64,000 nt of DNA from Litorimonas sp. (lineage in GTDB: Bacteria > Pseudomonadota > Alphaproteobacteria > Caulobacterales > Maricaulaceae): assembly GCA_049673465.1 (NCBI GenBank), contig JBATXP010000481.1, positions 7,832 through 71,831 on the forward strand, in the 5' to 3' direction. Below the pieces are notes generated by a model. It did no database searches. It was given only the letters and a program-made list of their open reading frames with translations, and was not told the origin of the DNA. Position 1 is the stretch's first letter; the number at the start of each line of letters is the position of its first letter. Below are positions 45,508 to 55,229 of this stretch, in pieces. A program made the position numbers and the translations under genes.

Positions 45508-46500
45508 ATGAAAATGAGCCAGTTTCCGCAATTGAGAATGCGTCGCAAGCGTGCTTCCGGCTGGATGCGCGATCTCGTCCGGGAAACGCGGTTGAGCTCG
45601 CACGATCTCGTTCTGACCACGATCATCGCCGACTCGCCCGAGGTGCGCGGCCCCATACCGACCTTGCCCGGCGTATCGCGTCTGGACCTCGACGGCCTTG
45701 TCGAACAGGCGCGGGACGCGGCCACGCTCGGTATCCCCGCCCTCGCCATCTTCCCGCATATCGACCCGTCCAGAAAAGATGCTCTCGCCAGCGAGGCGCT
45801 CAACGCAAACGGCTTCGTGCCGGAGGCTATCCGGCGCGTGAAACAGGCCGTCCCGGAAATCGGGCTGATCGTGGATGTGGCGCTCGATCCCTTTACAGAT
45901 CATGGGCATGACGGCGTCATGACCGGCGACCGGATCGATAATGACGCCACGCTTGACCTGCTCGCCCAAAGCGCCGTCATTCTCGCAGAAGCAGGAGCGG
46001 ACGTGGTCGCTCCTTCAGACATGATGGACGGGCGAGTCGGGGCCATCCGCGAGGCACTGGACGAGGCCGGTCATGCCGACATATCGATTCTCTCCTATGC
46101 CGCGAAATACGCTTCGGCCTTCTACGGCCCCTATCGCGACGCGATCGGCACGTCGGCCGCGCTGAGAGGCGACAAGCGAACTTATCAGATGGATCCCGCC
46201 AATGGAGACGAGGCGCTTCACGAGGTCGCGCTCGATCTCGAAGAAGGCGCGGACATGGTAATGGTCAAACCCGGACTGCCCTATCTGGATATATGTCGCA
46301 GGATCAAAGACGAATTCGCCGTGCCGACCTTGGCTTTCCAGGTCAGCGGAGAATATGCGATGGTTCAGTCCGCGTCGCAAAACGGATGGGGAGATTCCGA
46401 CCGGTTGCTCCTCGAAACCCTGATGGGCTTCAAACGGGCTGGATGCGACGCGGTCCTGACTTATGGGGCGATCCGCGCTGCCAGGCTGCTGGCCGACTAG
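45508..46500 (+). CDS. hemB: Porphobilinogen synthase (delta-aminolevulinate dehydratase)
   Basis: PQLRMRRKRASGWMRDLVRETRLS N-terminus and active-site lysine regions (MVMVKPG). Start at MKMSQF, 45508 or 45514. Confidence 0.92.
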   Translation: MKMSQFPQLRMRRKRASGWMRDLVRETRLSSHDLVLTTIIADSPEVRGPIPTLPGVSRLDLDGLVEQARDAATLGIPALAIFPHIDPSRKDALASEALNANGFVPEAIRRVKQAVPEIGLIVDVALDPFTDHGHDGVMTGDRIDNDATLDLLAQSAVILAEAGADVVAPSDMMDGRVGAIREALDEAGHADISILSYAAKYASAFYGPYRDAIGTSAALRGDKRTYQMDPANGDEALHEVALDLEEGADMVMVKPGLPYLDICRRIKDEFAVPTLAFQVSGEYAMVQSASQNGWGDSDRLLLETLMGFKRAGCDAVLTYGAIRAARLLAD

Positions 46501-47366
46501 GTTTCCGTGGATGGAGGCAAGCTTCGGATCAGGGCCGAGGTATCCTGCCGGCTCCCACCCATTGCTTGAACGCGGTCGTAGGCGTCGTCGACGAAGCGCG
46601 CATTGGGCAGGTCCAGCCCCATCGCTTTCGCTTCTTCCAAAGCGATAGCGAGATCCTTGCGCATCCAGTCGATGGCGAACCCGAAATCGAATTCGCCTTT
46701 CGCCATGGTCGCGAGGCGGTTGTCCATCTGCCAGCTCTGCGCGGCCCCTCCCCCGATCGCCGCCAGCAGCGCCGTCATGTCCAGACCTGCGGCCTGGGCG
46801 AAGCGAACCCCCTCCGACAGACCCTGCAGCGTCCCGGCGATGCAGATCTGATTGACGCATTTCGCGGTCTGACCCGACCCGACGGGACCGAGATGGGTGA
46901 TGGTTTTCCCGTAGCTGTCAAGAATCGGCTGAACGGACTGGAAGACTTCGGGCTCTCCGCCGCACATGATGGACAGAGTTCCCGCCTCCGCGCCGGACTG
47001 ACCGCCAGAAATCGGAGCATCCAGGAACGCCGCGCCCTGTTTGCCCAGTCGCTCGGCGATAGCTTTCGCGCAGGACGGCGACGCCGTGGTATGATCGACG
47101 ACGACGGTGCCGACAGCGAGATCGCTTTCAACCTGCCGGACGACGTCGAAGACATCCTTGTCGGCTCCGACGCAGATCATGACATACTCGGCGCCGGCGA
47201 CCGCACCACGCGGATCGGCGCAAGCTTGACCTCCATGTTCCACTTGCCACTCGCTGGCGCGAGTCTGTGTCCGGTTCCAGACCCGGACCTCGTGTCCGTT
47301 CGCCTTGAGATGTCCGGCCATCGGAAAGCCCATCACGCCCAGCCCGAGAAAGGCAACCTTCGCCAT
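46497..47366 (-). CDS. NAD(P)-dependent 3-hydroxyisobutyrate-dehydrogenase-family oxidoreductase
   Basis: MAKVAFLGLGVMGFPMAGHL Rossmann N-terminus. 289 aa, beta-hydroxyacid dehydrogenase pattern. Confidence 0.8.
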   Translation of the reverse strand: MAKVAFLGLGVMGFPMAGHLKANGHEVRVWNRTQTRASEWQVEHGGQACADPRGAVAGAEYVMICVGADKDVFDVVRQVESDLAVGTVVVDHTTASPSCAKAIAERLGKQGAAFLDAPISGGQSGAEAGTLSIMCGGEPEVFQSVQPILDSYGKTITHLGPVGSGQTAKCVNQICIAGTLQGLSEGVRFAQAAGLDMTALLAAIGGGAAQSWQMDNRLATMAKGEFDFGFAIDWMRKDLAIALEEAKAMGLDLPNARFVDDAYDRVQAMGGSRQDTSALIRSLPPSTET

Positions 47367-47469
47367 GTCGTCATCCTCATATCGGCGGCTCGCCCGATTA
47401 GGCCTTGCCGTTTGATCCCCCTATCGCCCATAGCCCGCGAAGGACGCAAGAGAAGGGATCGATCAGCAG

Positions 47470-49293
47470 ATGTGGGCCATGCCCGAATCCGTTCAGATGT
47501 GGACTGTCTTCGGGATCGTCGCGGTCGGCGTCTATCTCTACGTCCGCGAAAGATTTTCCATCGAGGCGATCAGTGTCGGCCTGATCCTGGCGCTCATGTT
47601 GTTCGGCAACCTGTTCGCCGCTCCGGAGCAAGGGCTGGACAGCCACGCCATGCTGTCCGGTTTCGCCGCACCGGCCTTGGTGACCATCATGGCGCTTCTC
47701 GTGGTGGGCCAGGGACTGTTCCAGACGGGCGCGCTGGAGCGGATGACCATGGCGATCAACTCCGCGCTCGACCGGGGACCCCGACGAACGCTGGCCATGG
47801 TGTTCGGCGTCGCCTTCGGTGTGTCCATGTTCATGAACAACACGCCCGTCGTCGTCATGTTCATCCCGATCCTGGCGGCCATGAGTGGCAAGCTGGGCGT
47901 GAAGGCGTCCCGCTTCATGATGCCGCTTAGCTTTCTTTGCATCCTCGCCGGAATGACCACCCTGATCGGCAGCTCCACCAACCTCCTGGTCAACGACGTG
48001 CTGGTCCGATCGACCGACATGTCGCTGTCCTTCTTCACGCAGTTCTGGCCTGGCCTTACACTCGCAGCGATCGGAGCGGTCTTCATCGTTTTCGCCGCGC
48101 CGATTCTGCTGCCGGAGCGGGAATCGGATGAGCCGGCCCTTCGCTCCTCAGGGCAACAATATATCGCCCAGATACACGTGACCGAAGCGCACCCTCTCGC
48201 CGGTGAACAGCCTGTCGCGGGTCTCTACTCCCGTCTTCGCGATGTGACCGTTCGCATGGTCCAGCGCGGCGAGGTATCCTTCCTGCCCCCATTCGAGGAG
48301 ACCTTGCGGCCCGGTGACGTACTGATCGTCGCGGCCACGCGACCGCAGCTTTCGGCGCTGCTCAAGACGAGACCGCAATATCTGCGCGGCATGCTGGAGA
48401 TCGGCAACTTCGAGGGCCCCCATACGGCTTCGGATAGCTCCATCATGTTGTCCGAGGCCGTGATCGCGCCGGGGTCTCGCATGATCGGCCGCAACATCGA
48501 GCAAATCGGCTTTCGCAATCAGACCGGCTGCCTGGTTCTCGGAATTCAGCGCCGGTCGCGCATGATCCGCAAGAAGATGCTCGAAATCCGCTTGGAAGCG
48601 GGGGATGTGCTTCTACTGTTCGGGTATGAAAAGGACATCGCTTCCATTCGCCAGAATCGCGACCTGATCCTGCTGGATTGGAGCACGGCGGAACTTCCCG
48701 ACATCCGCAAAGCCAAGGCGGCCCGCCTGATCTTTCTCGGCACCATTATTGCTGCGGCAACGTCCATCGTCCCCATCGAGATCGCGGCCGTCGGTGGGGC
48801 CATGGCGATGATCGCGACAGGGTGCCTCAACATCCGCCAAGCGGTCCGCGCGCTCGACATGCGGATATTCCTGCTGATCGGAGCGGCTTTCGCCATGGGA
48901 CTGGCATTGGAACGCACCGGAGGCGCGACATTCATCGGCACGAATGTCGTCAACATGTTCGAACCCCTCGGCGCGCAGGCCCTGATCGCCGCCGTCTTTC
49001 TGGTCGTGGCCGTCTTCACCAACATCATCAGCAATTCGGCCGCCGCCCTGTTGTTCGCTCCGATCGCCCTGTCCATTTCGCGACAGGCCGATATCGATCC
49101 GATCGTGATGGTTCTGACGGTCATCTTCGCGGCGAATTGCAGCTTCGCGACGCCCATCGCGTATCAGACGAACCTGCTCGTCATGGGGCCGGGCCACTAC
49201 CGGTTCAGCGACTTCGCGCGGTTCGGCATTCCGCTCATGCTGTTATTGTGGGTGAGTTACGTCTTGCTCGTGCCTGTATTCTTTGGTCTCTAG
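47470..49293 (+). CDS. SLC13/DASS-family anion permease with central TrkA-C domains
   Basis: Multi-TM halves flank a soluble ~200-aa insert with two TrkA-C-like repeats (GEQPVAGLYSRLRDVTVRMVQRG..., GRNIEQIGFRNQTGCLVLGIQR...). Confidence 0.75.
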   Translation: MWAMPESVQMWTVFGIVAVGVYLYVRERFSIEAISVGLILALMLFGNLFAAPEQGLDSHAMLSGFAAPALVTIMALLVVGQGLFQTGALERMTMAINSALDRGPRRTLAMVFGVAFGVSMFMNNTPVVVMFIPILAAMSGKLGVKASRFMMPLSFLCILAGMTTLIGSSTNLLVNDVLVRSTDMSLSFFTQFWPGLTLAAIGAVFIVFAAPILLPERESDEPALRSSGQQYIAQIHVTEAHPLAGEQPVAGLYSRLRDVTVRMVQRGEVSFLPPFEETLRPGDVLIVAATRPQLSALLKTRPQYLRGMLEIGNFEGPHTASDSSIMLSEAVIAPGSRMIGRNIEQIGFRNQTGCLVLGIQRRSRMIRKKMLEIRLEAGDVLLLFGYEKDIASIRQNRDLILLDWSTAELPDIRKAKAARLIFLGTIIAAATSIVPIEIAAVGGAMAMIATGCLNIRQAVRALDMRIFLLIGAAFAMGLALERTGGATFIGTNVVNMFEPLGAQALIAAVFLVVAVFTNIISNSAAALLFAPIALSISRQADIDPIVMVLTVIFAANCSFATPIAYQTNLLVMGPGHYRFSDFARFGIPLMLLLWVSYVLLVPVFFGL

Positions 49294-49323
49294 CGTGAAA
49301 CCGACAGGGGAGTCAGCGGCCAG

Positions 49324-50055
49324 ATGAGCCATCCGTTCGATCCGAACCAGCTTCAGTTCTTTCTGACCATCCCGTCTCCCTGTCCCTACCTGCCGGGTCG
49401 GATGGAGCGAAAGATATTCACCCAGCTCGATCCGCTGGACGGTCCGCACCTCAACAATTACCTCACCCATGCGGGCTTTCGGCGCAGCCAGAACGTTATC
49501 TATCGTCCTGCCTGCGAGAGCTGTCGCGAATGCCGGTCACTCCGCGTGAGGGCGGAAGAGTTCCGACCCACAAAGTCACTTCGTCGCTCTCAAAAGCGCA
49601 ATGCCGATCTTTCGGCGGAGATCGTGGAAGCCATCTCGACACGCGAGCAGTTCGACCTCCTCACGCGCTACTTGCGGGATCGCCATCCGGGCGGCGGCAT
49701 GACCGACATGGACTTCCTTCGCTACGAAATGATGGTCGAGGAGTGCGCTTCGGAAACGGAGATCGTGGAGTTCCGGTCTGACAGCGGCAAGCTGATCGCC
49801 TGTGTCCTGGTTGATCGGCTGGATGACGGCCTCTCGCTCGTCTACAGCTTTTTCGACCCGGAATATCGGTCGCGTTCGCTTGGCAACTTCATGATCGTCG
49901 AACAGATCCTGCGATGCGCACGCGAGGAGCTCCCATATCTCTATTTGGGTTATTGGGTGCCAGGAAGCCCGAAAATGCACTACAAACAACGCTTCCAACC
50001 GTCCGAAGTCCTCGGCCATCGGGGCTGGACCCCCATGCCCGGTCAGGAAACGTGA
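49324..50055 (+). CDS. bpt: Arginyl/leucyl-tRNA--protein transferase (Bpt, N-end rule)
   Basis: PCPYLPGRMERK...GFRRSQNVIYRPACESCRECRSLRV and YLYLGYWV motifs. Confidence 0.88.
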   Translation: MSHPFDPNQLQFFLTIPSPCPYLPGRMERKIFTQLDPLDGPHLNNYLTHAGFRRSQNVIYRPACESCRECRSLRVRAEEFRPTKSLRRSQKRNADLSAEIVEAISTREQFDLLTRYLRDRHPGGGMTDMDFLRYEMMVEECASETEIVEFRSDSGKLIACVLVDRLDDGLSLVYSFFDPEYRSRSLGNFMIVEQILRCAREELPYLYLGYWVPGSPKMHYKQRFQPSEVLGHRGWTPMPGQET

Positions 50056-51194
50056 CGCGAAGGCGCGATATCGTCCTCGGCGCGGGAGCATTGGCCGCTG
50101 GTGCCGGCGTCGTCGGGGCGCTGAGTTCGCAGGGATCGAGCCCAGCGCAGCGTGTGCAGAATACCGATCCTGCCGCGCCGAACATCAATCGCGGCATCAA
50201 ACGCTTCCGCATGGCGACGAGCTGGCCGAAGGACTTCCCGGGTCTCGGCATCATGCCCGTACGTTTCGCCGACGCGGTCCGCGAGATGAGCGATGGGTTG
50301 CTCGACATAAAGGTCTATGCCGCTGGCGAATTGGTCGGCGCGCTGGAATGTTTCAATGCCACCGCGACGGGCGCGGCCGACATGTACCATGCCGCCGAAT
50401 ATTACTGGCAGGGCGTATCGCCGGGGTTCAACTTCTTCACTGCCGTGCCGATGGGCATGACGGCCGTGGAGATCATGGGCTGGATCGATTGGGGTGGCGG
50501 GCAGGCTCTGTGGGAGGAACTCTCGGCCCGTAACAACATCATCGCCTTTCAGGCTGGAAATACGGGACACCAGTCCGGTGGGTGGTTCAAACGGCGCCTG
50601 CAATCGCTCGAGGACATGAAGGGTTTGCGTATGCGCATGCCGGGACTGGGTGGGCGGGTGCTGACGGAGCTCGGCGCGACACCCGTTCTTCTTCCGGGCG
50701 GCGAAATCTACCAAGCTCTGCAAAGCGGCTCCATTGACGCGACAGAGTGGGTCGGTCCGTGGAACGACCTGGCTCTGGGTTTCTACCGCGAAGCGCCGTT
50801 CTACTATGTTCCCGGCTTTCACGAACCCGGCGCGTCCCTTGCCGTCGGGATCAATCTCGACGTCTGGTCGAGCTTGTCCACTCCAGAAAAAGCCATCTTG
50901 CGCTTCGCTGGCAAGGCCGCCAACGATCAGAGCCTGGGCGAATATACGGTGATGAACGCCCGCGCTCTGGAGACGCTGCGCGACCGCCACGGGATCGAGC
51001 CTCAGCTCATGCCTGACGACATTTTGCGTGCCGTCGCCTCGACCGCCGATACGATCGTCGGCGATCTCGCGCAAAGCGACCCGCTCGTGCGGCGCATCTT
51101 CGACAGCTATCTTGATGCGCGTAACCGGTATGCGCGGTGGACCGAGATCAGCGATGCCGCCTTCATCCGCGCGCGGGCCTTGGGACGCGAGTAG
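50052..51194 (+). CDS. TRAP transporter substrate-binding protein (DctP family) with Tat-type signal
   Basis: GTG 50052 overlaps the bpt TGA (GTGA). VTRRRDIVLGAGALAAGAG twin-arginine leader, then a DctP-like body (WPKDFPGLG...). Confidence 0.8.
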   Translation: MTRRRDIVLGAGALAAGAGVVGALSSQGSSPAQRVQNTDPAAPNINRGIKRFRMATSWPKDFPGLGIMPVRFADAVREMSDGLLDIKVYAAGELVGALECFNATATGAADMYHAAEYYWQGVSPGFNFFTAVPMGMTAVEIMGWIDWGGGQALWEELSARNNIIAFQAGNTGHQSGGWFKRRLQSLEDMKGLRMRMPGLGGRVLTELGATPVLLPGGEIYQALQSGSIDATEWVGPWNDLALGFYREAPFYYVPGFHEPGASLAVGINLDVWSSLSTPEKAILRFAGKAANDQSLGEYTVMNARALETLRDRHGIEPQLMPDDILRAVASTADTIVGDLAQSDPLVRRIFDSYLDARNRYARWTEISDAAFIRARALGRE

Positions 51195-51199
51195 CCATA

Positions 51200-51859
51200 A
51201 TGGCGGGGGATGTCATTCACGCGATAGGCTGGGTCTTTCTGCCGAGCCTGCTCTTGCCAGTCCTGTTTCTCCTCCTGCCGTCGGACCGATTGGCGTCGAT
51301 CCTGTCTGCCCTCACCCGAACGATCGATACGGCTGTCCACATGATCGGTGAAGTCGTGAAATGGTCCATCCCGCTTCTTGTCGTGAGCGTTGCCGCATCC
51401 GTTTTCGCCTTGTCCGTTTTCGGCACGGCGACGGTGAAATGGCTGGAAAGTGCCTTCTACTTCCAGGCTGCGATCATCCTTCTGGGATCGGCCGCGACTT
51501 TGCTGGCCGGGCAGCATGTAAGAGTCGATATCTTTCATGAGAGGATGTCGCCCAAAGCTCGCGCTCGGGTCGATCTGGTCGGCTTCTACCTGTTGCTCGT
51601 TCCCGTCTGCCTATTGATCGTCTGGAACTCACAGACATTCGTGGGCTTCGCCTGGCAGACGTTCGAGGGGTCGACGGAAGCCGACGGCATCCGGGGTGTA
51701 TTCCTGCTCAAGACCATGATCCCCACCTTCGGGGTGCTGATGATCGCGCAAGGCCTGGCCATCGCGACCCGAGCCGCGCTTGTCCTGGCCGATCGGCCAC
51801 AACCGGATCGCCCGGAAGGCGTGCCGCCCTTCTTCAAGGCGTCGGAGCCGTCACCGTGA
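51200..51859 (+). CDS. TRAP transporter small permease (DctQ-like)
   Basis: Four predicted TM segments, positioned between the DctP and DctM genes. Start taken at MAGDVIHAIG. Confidence 0.7.
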   Translation: MAGDVIHAIGWVFLPSLLLPVLFLLLPSDRLASILSALTRTIDTAVHMIGEVVKWSIPLLVVSVAASVFALSVFGTATVKWLESAFYFQAAIILLGSAATLLAGQHVRVDIFHERMSPKARARVDLVGFYLLLVPVCLLIVWNSQTFVGFAWQTFEGSTEADGIRGVFLLKTMIPTFGVLMIAQGLAIATRAALVLADRPQPDRPEGVPPFFKASEPSP

Positions 51860-53412
51860 GTCCGGCAGAAATTCTTGCCGCGATCATGTTTCTGTCCGCC
51901 TGCGGGGCGCTAATGGCGGGCTACAATGTCGCGCTGACGCTGGGCGGGGTAAGCGTCGTGTTCGCAGGCATCGCGACGGCGCTGGGACTGTTCGACCCGG
52001 TTTTTTTCCTGTCATTGCCAGGCCGCATCTATCCGCTCGTCACGCGGGAAATCCTCATCGCGATCCCGCTCTTCGTCTTTATGGGCGTGATGCTGGAGAA
52101 GTCGAAGGTGGCGGAAGAACTCCTTCAAAACATGGGGGATCTGTTCGGGCCGCTGCGGGGCGGGTTGGGCATCTCGGTGATCTTCGTGGGTGCCTTACTC
52201 GCCGCTTCGACCGGGATCGTCGGAGCGACCGTGGTTACGATGGGCCTGCTCAGCCTCCCGACCATGCTCAAACGCGGCTATGATATACCGCTTGCATCGG
52301 CCTCCATCGCGGCGTCCGGGACCCTGGGACAGATCATTCCTCCGTCCATCGTTTTGGTCATCCTCGGCGATCAGATCGGCAATGCCTTCCAGGAGGCGCA
52401 GCGAAGCTACGGTCTCAAGACCGATGCGGTGGTGTCGGTTGGCGATCTCTTCGCAGGCGCCTTGCTGCCGGGATTGATCCTGGTCGGGGCCTATGCGCTC
52501 TACATCTTCGCGACCGCCGTGATCGCTCCGACCAAGGCACCCGCCCAGCCCTGGCCGGACGACACGAATGCCAAAACCCTGCTCTGGAAATCGGCCAAGG
52601 CGATGATCCCACCGATCTTCCTGATCGTCGCGGTCCTCGGCTCCATCCTGTCCGGCTACGCTACGCCGACACGGGGCGCGGCGCTGGGCGCGTTGGGGGC
52701 GATGATGCTGGCGGCGTCGCGTTTGGGAACGGGACGTTGGCGACTCTTGCCCATCGCCGGGCTTGTCGCCCTCGTTTTGCTCGTGGGTCTCGACGTAACG
52801 GGCGTGGACCTCAGACTCGCTCAGACAGACTGGACGGCGACGGAAAGCGGCTCGCTCGCGCTTGCCGCATGTCTCGTGACGATAGGCACGTTGGGCGTGT
52901 TTGTGGGATCGCTCCGATCTTTGCGGAGTGGGCAACTGGCCGACGTGTCGCGATCCACCCTGCACATCACCTGCATGGTCTTCCTGATCCTTATCGGCGC
53001 AACGGTTTTCAGCCTCGTCTTTCGAGGGCTGGGCGGCGACGAGATGGTGGCGCGACTGATGGAGGCCGCGCCGGGGGGGCATTGGGGTGCGTTTGCGCTC
53101 GTCATGCTCGTCATGTTCGTGCTCGGTTTCTTCCTCGATTTCATCGAGATCACCTTCGTCGTGGTTCCCCTCGTCGCGCCACCCCTGCTCGCGGCCGGCA
53201 TCGACCCGGTCTGGCTCGGCGTGGTCATGGCGCTCAACCTCCAGACCAGTTTCCTGACGCCGCCCTTCGGCTTCGCCTTGTTCTATCTACGCGGCGTTTC
53301 TCCGCCCGAAGTCACGACGGGCCACCTCTATCGGGGCGTCCTTCCCTTCATCGGCATACAGCTTGCGATGATCGCGCTCCTGCTTGTCTTTCCGGGTCTC
53401 GTCACGCGTTAG
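51856..53412 (+). CDS. TRAP transporter large permease (DctM family)
   Basis: 518-aa polytopic protein. The GTG start overlaps the DctQ stop. Typical DctM C-terminus FLTPPFGFALFYLRGV. Confidence 0.85.
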   Translation: MSPAEILAAIMFLSACGALMAGYNVALTLGGVSVVFAGIATALGLFDPVFFLSLPGRIYPLVTREILIAIPLFVFMGVMLEKSKVAEELLQNMGDLFGPLRGGLGISVIFVGALLAASTGIVGATVVTMGLLSLPTMLKRGYDIPLASASIAASGTLGQIIPPSIVLVILGDQIGNAFQEAQRSYGLKTDAVVSVGDLFAGALLPGLILVGAYALYIFATAVIAPTKAPAQPWPDDTNAKTLLWKSAKAMIPPIFLIVAVLGSILSGYATPTRGAALGALGAMMLAASRLGTGRWRLLPIAGLVALVLLVGLDVTGVDLRLAQTDWTATESGSLALAACLVTIGTLGVFVGSLRSLRSGQLADVSRSTLHITCMVFLILIGATVFSLVFRGLGGDEMVARLMEAAPGGHWGAFALVMLVMFVLGFFLDFIEITFVVVPLVAPPLLAAGIDPVWLGVVMALNLQTSFLTPPFGFALFYLRGVSPPEVTTGHLYRGVLPFIGIQLAMIALLLVFPGLVTR

Positions 53413-53456
53413 GAATCCGCCTTGCGGCGCGGGGCCTGCGTGGCTAATCAAGCCTC

Positions 53457-54026
53457 ATGTTAACACTTCTCGTCCTGCTGGGCATCGTCGCCCTTCTCGC
53501 CGTCTTCATCGTCGGCATCTATAACAGGCTCGTCGCGTTGCGGCAGACCACCAACCAGGCCTGGTCGGACATCGAAGTTCAGCTCAAGCAGCGCCAGGAC
53601 CTCGTCCCGCAACTCGTCAACACCGTGAAAGGCTACGCGGCCCACGAGAAAGAAACGTTCGAGGAAGTGGTCCGCGCCCGCTCCGCCGCGGTCAATGCAT
53701 CGACCGTGGAAGGCCAGGCCCAGGCCGAAGGCATGCTGTCCGCGGCGCTCGGCAAGCTGTTCGCTCTCGCGGAGGCCTATCCGGAGCTCAAGGCCAATAC
53801 CAACTTCCTTCAGCTGCAGGACCAGCTGGCCGACATAGAGAACAAGATCGCGGCTTCTCGGCGCTTCTATAACAATTCGGTCCAGGAGTATAATACGGCA
53901 CGGGAACAGTTCCCGGCCGTGCTAATTGCAGGACCGTTCAATTTTGTGGAGCGCGAATTCTTCGAAGCGCCCGAGGGTCGTGAACTGCTTCAGACGCCTC
54001 CAGTTGTCGATTTCGGCACCAGCTAA
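53457..54026 (+). CDS. LemA family protein
   Basis: N-terminal TM segment, then YNRLV.LRQ...AWSDIEVQLKQR.DLVPQLV...AHEKETF. 189 aa. Confidence 0.85.
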   Translation: MLTLLVLLGIVALLAVFIVGIYNRLVALRQTTNQAWSDIEVQLKQRQDLVPQLVNTVKGYAAHEKETFEEVVRARSAAVNASTVEGQAQAEGMLSAALGKLFALAEAYPELKANTNFLQLQDQLADIENKIAASRRFYNNSVQEYNTAREQFPAVLIAGPFNFVEREFFEAPEGRELLQTPPVVDFGTS

Positions 54027-54041
54027 AGCTATTCGGCAGTC

Positions 54042-55106
54042 ATGCTGATCGAAGCGACCGGACTTCGCACCCACATCTGGAACAATAATCTGCGCAGCGT
54101 CCTGCTGCTCTGCTTCTTTCCGGTCCTCCTGCTCGTGCTGTTCTACGGCCTGCTCGTCGGGTTCGCCGGTGTGTCGGGTAGCGCCTCTTTGGAGGACGGG
54201 CTGTTCCAAGCCGCCAACACCCTTCCTACAGCCGCTCCTTACGCCCTTGGCGGAGCCGGTGCCTGGTTCGCCGTCGCTTTCTTCGGTCACAATGCCATGA
54301 TCAATGCCGCGACGCGGGCCAAGCCGGTGACCGTCAGCCAGGAGCCGCGCGCCTATCGCATGCTGGAAAACCTATCCATCAGCCGGGGCTTGGTGACCCC
54401 AAGGCTGATGGTGATGGAAACCCCTGCCATGAATGCGTTCGCCTCCGGCATTCGCCGCGAAAACTACCAGGTCACGCTCACGCGCGGTCTGATGGAGGCG
54501 CTGGACGACGAGGAACTGGAGGCCGTCATCGCGCACGAGCTAAGTCACATTCGACACAAGGATGTAAGGATGCTCGTCATCGCCGTGATCTTCGTGGGAA
54601 TCTTCGCCTTCGTAGGCGAGATGCTGTTCCGTAACATGTTCCGCGTTAACCTTGCCCGGTCCGATAATCACCGGCGCTCGGGCGGCAATGCGGGACCGCT
54701 CATCCTCGTCGCCATCGTGATCGTCGCTCTCACCTATGTCATAGCGCTCCTGATCCGGTTCTCGATGAGCCGAAAGCGCGAATACATGGCCGATGCCGGG
54801 GCGGTGGAGCTGACCAAGAACCCGGACGCCATGATCCGTGCGCTGCAGAAAATTTCCGGCCATGCCGAAATGGCGAGCGTTCCGGACGAAGTGCGGGAAA
54901 TGGCGCTCTACAACCCCCGGACGGGACTGGCCGGGCTGTTCACCACGCATCCGCCGATCGAGAAGCGTATCGAAGCCCTGGTCAAGTATGCGGGCGGGCG
55001 TGTCGGCACGCAAAGTCGTCCCAAGTCCAGGATGGATCAAGCCAGAGCCTCACATTCGGACCCATCGCAATCTCAACGGCCGCGCCTCAATCCCTGGCGG
55101 CGCTGA
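54042..55106 (+). CDS. M48-family (HtpX-like) zinc metallopeptidase
   Basis: AHELSHIRHKD (HExxH), TM segments and C-terminal THPPIEKRI. Confidence 0.85.
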   Translation: MLIEATGLRTHIWNNNLRSVLLLCFFPVLLLVLFYGLLVGFAGVSGSASLEDGLFQAANTLPTAAPYALGGAGAWFAVAFFGHNAMINAATRAKPVTVSQEPRAYRMLENLSISRGLVTPRLMVMETPAMNAFASGIRRENYQVTLTRGLMEALDDEELEAVIAHELSHIRHKDVRMLVIAVIFVGIFAFVGEMLFRNMFRVNLARSDNHRRSGGNAGPLILVAIVIVALTYVIALLIRFSMSRKREYMADAGAVELTKNPDAMIRALQKISGHAEMASVPDEVREMALYNPRTGLAGLFTTHPPIEKRIEALVKYAGGRVGTQSRPKSRMDQARASHSDPSQSQRPRLNPWRR

Positions 55107-55229
55107 GCGCAAACGCGTTTTGCAGGCATGATCCGTCCCCCCACGCTCACTTTGTGGGCTGGACTGTGCGCCCGCATCTCAATAGTCGGGGCGTGACGTG
55201 ATAGTCTTACATTGTCTTCGAGAGGTTCC

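Noticed and set aside
55107-55229. GCAAA-CGCGT-TTTGC hairpin after the M48 gene as a terminator
   Set aside because: The stem is only 5 bp and no U tract follows, which is too weak to call.
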